A stretch of 64,000 nt of DNA from the human T2T-CHM13v2.0 reference genome, Homo sapiens. The position numbers and the translations under genes were made by a program. The stretch lies in assembly GCF_009914755.1 (NCBI RefSeq), contig NC_060945.1; one strand, written 5' to 3'. Shown piece after piece: positions 52,035 through 64,000 of the stretch (positions within the stretch are counted from its first letter, which is position 1; the number at the start of each line of letters is the position of its first letter). The notes under the pieces are model-generated. The model was not told where the DNA came from and did not search any database. It was given only the letters and a program-made list of their open reading frames with translations.

Positions 52035-52852
52035 TTTCTTTTTCTCTCTTCCCCTCTTTCTTTCCTGCCTTCCTGCCTTTCTTCTTTTCTTCTTTCCTCC
52101 CTTCCTCCCTTCCTTCTTTCCTCCCGCCTCAGCCTCCCAAAGTGCTGGGATGACTGGCGGGAGGCACCATGCCTGCTTGGCCCAAAGAGACCCTCTTGGA
52201 AAGTGAGACGCAGAGAGCGCCTTCCAGTGATCTCATTGACTGATTTAGAGACGGCATCTCGCTCCGTCACCCCGGCAGTGGTGCCGTCGTAACTCACTCC
52301 CTGCAGCGTGGACGCTCCTGGACTCGAGCGATCCTTCCACCTCAGCCTCCAGAGTACAGAGCCTGGGACCGCGGGCACGCGCCACTGTGCCCACACCGTT
52401 TTTAATTGTTTTTTTTTCCCCCGAGACAGAGTTTCACTCTCGTGGCCTAGACTGCAGTGCGGTGGCGCGATCTTGGCTCACCGCAACCTCTGCCTCCCGG
52501 TTTCAAGCGATTCTCCTGCATCGGCCTCCTGAGTAGCCGGGATTGCGGGCATGCGCTGCCACGTCTGGCTGATTTCGTATTTTTAGTGGAGACGGGGCTT
52601 CTCCATGTCGATCGGGCTGGTTTCGAACTCCCGACCTCAGGTGATCCGCCCTCCCCGGCCTCCGGAAGTGCTGGGATGACAGGCGTGAGCCACCGCGCCC
52701 GGCCTTCATTTTTAAATGTTTTCCCACAGACGGGGTCTCATCATTTCTTTGCAACCCTCCTGCCCGGCGTCTCAAAGTGCTGGCGTGACGGGCGTGAGCC
52801 ACTGCGCCTGGACTCCGGGGAATGACTCACGACCACCATCGCTCTACTGATC

Positions 52853-52907
<55 letters not shown>

Positions 52908-53378
52908 GATGAATTATCTTATGATTTATTTGTGTACTTATTTTCAGACGGAGTCTCGCTCTGGGCGGGGCGAGGCGAGGCGAGGCACAGCGCATCGCTT
53001 TGGAAGCCGCGGCAACGCCTTTCAAAGCCCCATTCGTATGCACAGAGCCTTATTCCCTTCCTGGAGTTGGAGCTGATGCCTTCCGTAGCCTTGGGCTTCT
53101 CTCCATTCGGAAGCTTTGACAGGCGCAACCCCACCCAGAGGCTGGCTGCGGCTGAGGATTAGGGGGTGTGTTGGGGCTGAAAACTGGGTCCCCTATTTTT
53201 GATACCTCAGCCGACACATCCCCCGACCGCCATCGCTTGCTCGCCCTCTGAGATCCCCCGCCTCCACCGCCTTGCAGGCTCACCTCTTACTTTCATTTCT
53301 TCCTTTCTTGCGTTTGAGGAGGGGGTGCGGGAATGAGGGTGTGTGTGGGGAGGGGGTGCGGGGTGGGGACGGAGGGGA

Positions 53379-57822
<4,444 letters not shown>

Positions 57823-57823
57823 G

Positions 57824-62282
<4,459 letters not shown>

Positions 62283-64000
62283 TGTTAAGGCCGGACGCAA
62301 CACGGCGAAACCCCGTCTCTACTAAAAATACAAAGCTGAGTCGGGAGCGGTGGGGCAGGCCCCTGTAATGCCAGCTCCTCGGGAGGCTGAGGCGGGAGAA
62401 TCGCTTGAACCAGGGAAGCGGAGGCTGCAGGGAGCCGAGATCGCGCCACTGCACTACGGCCCAGGCTGTAGAGTGAGTGAGACTCGGTCTCTAAATAAAT
62501 ACGGAAATTAATTAATTCATTAATTCTTTTCCCTGCTGACGGACATTTGCAGGCAGGCATCGGTTGTCTTCGGGCATCACCTAGCGGCCACTGTTATTGA
62601 AAGTCGACGTGACACGGAGGGAGGTCTCGCCGACTTCACCGAGCCTGGGGCAACGGGTTTCTCTCTCTCCCTTCTGGAGGCCCCTCCCTCTCTCCCTCGT
62701 TGCCTAGGGAACCTCGCCTAGGGAACCTCCGCCCTGGCGGGGGCCCTATTGTTCTTTGATCGGCGCTTTACTTTTCTTTGTGTTTTGGCGCCTAGACTCT
62801 TCTACTTGGGCTTTGGGAAGGGTCAGTTTAATTTTCAAGTTGCCCCCCGGCTCCCCCCACTACCCACGTCCCTTCACCTTAATTTAGTGAGTCGGTTAGG
62901 TGGGTTTCCCCCAAACCGCCCCCCCCCCCCCCCGCCTCCCAACACCCTGCTTGGAAACCTTCCAGAGCCACCCCGGTGTGCCTCCGTCTTCTCTCCCCTT
63001 CCCCCACCCCTTGCCGGCGATCTCATTCTTGCCAGGCTGACATTTGCATCGGTGGGCGTCAGGCCTCACTCGGGGGCCACCGTTTTTGAAGATGGGGGCG
63101 GCACGGTCCCACTTCCCCGGAGGCAGCTTGGGCCGATGGCATAGCCCCTTGACCCGCGTGGGCAAGCGGGCGGGTCTGCAGTTGTGAGGCTTTTCCCCCC
63201 GCTGCTTCCCGCCTCAGGCCTCCCTCCCTAGGAAAGCTTCACCCTGGCTGGGTCTCGGTCACCTTTTATCACGATGTTTTAGTTTCTCCGCCCTCCGGCC
63301 AGCAGAGTTTCACAATGCGAAGGGCGCCACGGCTCTAGTCTGGGCCTTCTCAGTACTTGCCCAAAATAGAAACGCTTTCTGAAAACTAATAACTTTGCTC
63401 ACTTAAGATTTCCAGGGACGGCGCCTTGGCCCGTGTTTGTTGGCTTGTTTTGTTTCGTTCTGTTTTGTTTTGTTCGTGTTTTTCCTTTCTCGTATGTCTT
63501 TCTTTTCAGGTGAAGTAGAAATCCCCAGTTTTCAGGAAGACGTCTATTTTCCCCAAGACACGTTAGCTGCCGTTTTTTCCTGTTGTGAACTAGCGCTTTT
63601 GTGACTCTCTCAACGTGCAGTGAGAGCCGGTTGATGTTTACTATCCTTCATCATGACATCTTATTTTCTAGAAATCCGTAGGCGAATGCTGCTGCTGCTC
63701 TTGTTGCTGTTGTTGTTGTTGTTGTTGTCGTCGTTGCTGTTGTCGTTGTCGTTGTTGTTGTCGTTGTCGTTGTTTTCAAAGTATACCCCGGCCACCGTTT
63801 ATGGGATCAAAAGCATTATAAAATATGTGTGATTATTTCTTGAGCACGCCCTTCCTCCCCCTCTCTCTGTCTCTCTGTCTGTCTCTGTCTCTCTCTTTCT
63901 CTGTCTGTCTTCTCTCTCTCTCTCTCTCTGTGTCTCTCTCTCTCTGCCTGTCTGTTTCTCTCTCTCTGCCTCTCTCTCTCTCTCTCTCTCTGCCTGTCTC

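Overview
This window is part of a human ribosomal DNA (45S rDNA) tandem array with a unit length of 44,787 bp. In order it holds the 3' ~1 kb of one 28S gene (1-1019), the 3'ETS, and a complete intergenic spacer (IGS, ~1380-32825). Next comes a complete Pol I transcription unit on the + strand: TSS 32826, 18S 36466-38334, 5.8S 39412-39568, 28S 40740-45806. The last ~18 kb is the next IGS, which appears identical to the first. The IGS contains three Sal-box terminator (R) repeats, a ~4.45 kb tandem duplication carrying long CT-rich blocks, many Alus, a CDC27 processed pseudogene, the RGC p53 site, and a CTCF/spacer-promoter/T0 region. I found no credible protein-coding gene; the long ORFs come from GC-rich or microsatellite sequence. 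This is a well-studied locus and I see no wholly new gene system. The least-explained signals are: (1) one substitution (TGTAATCCC>TGTCATCCC) recurring in most spacer Alus; (2) the CDC27 retrocopy, which appears to derive from an intron-terminated, truncated transcript; (3) a duplicated CTCF+RFX-like module 10 kb apart; (4) cryptic higher-order structure in the CT blocks; (5) apparently perfect identity between adjacent units, which suggests a modelled assembly.
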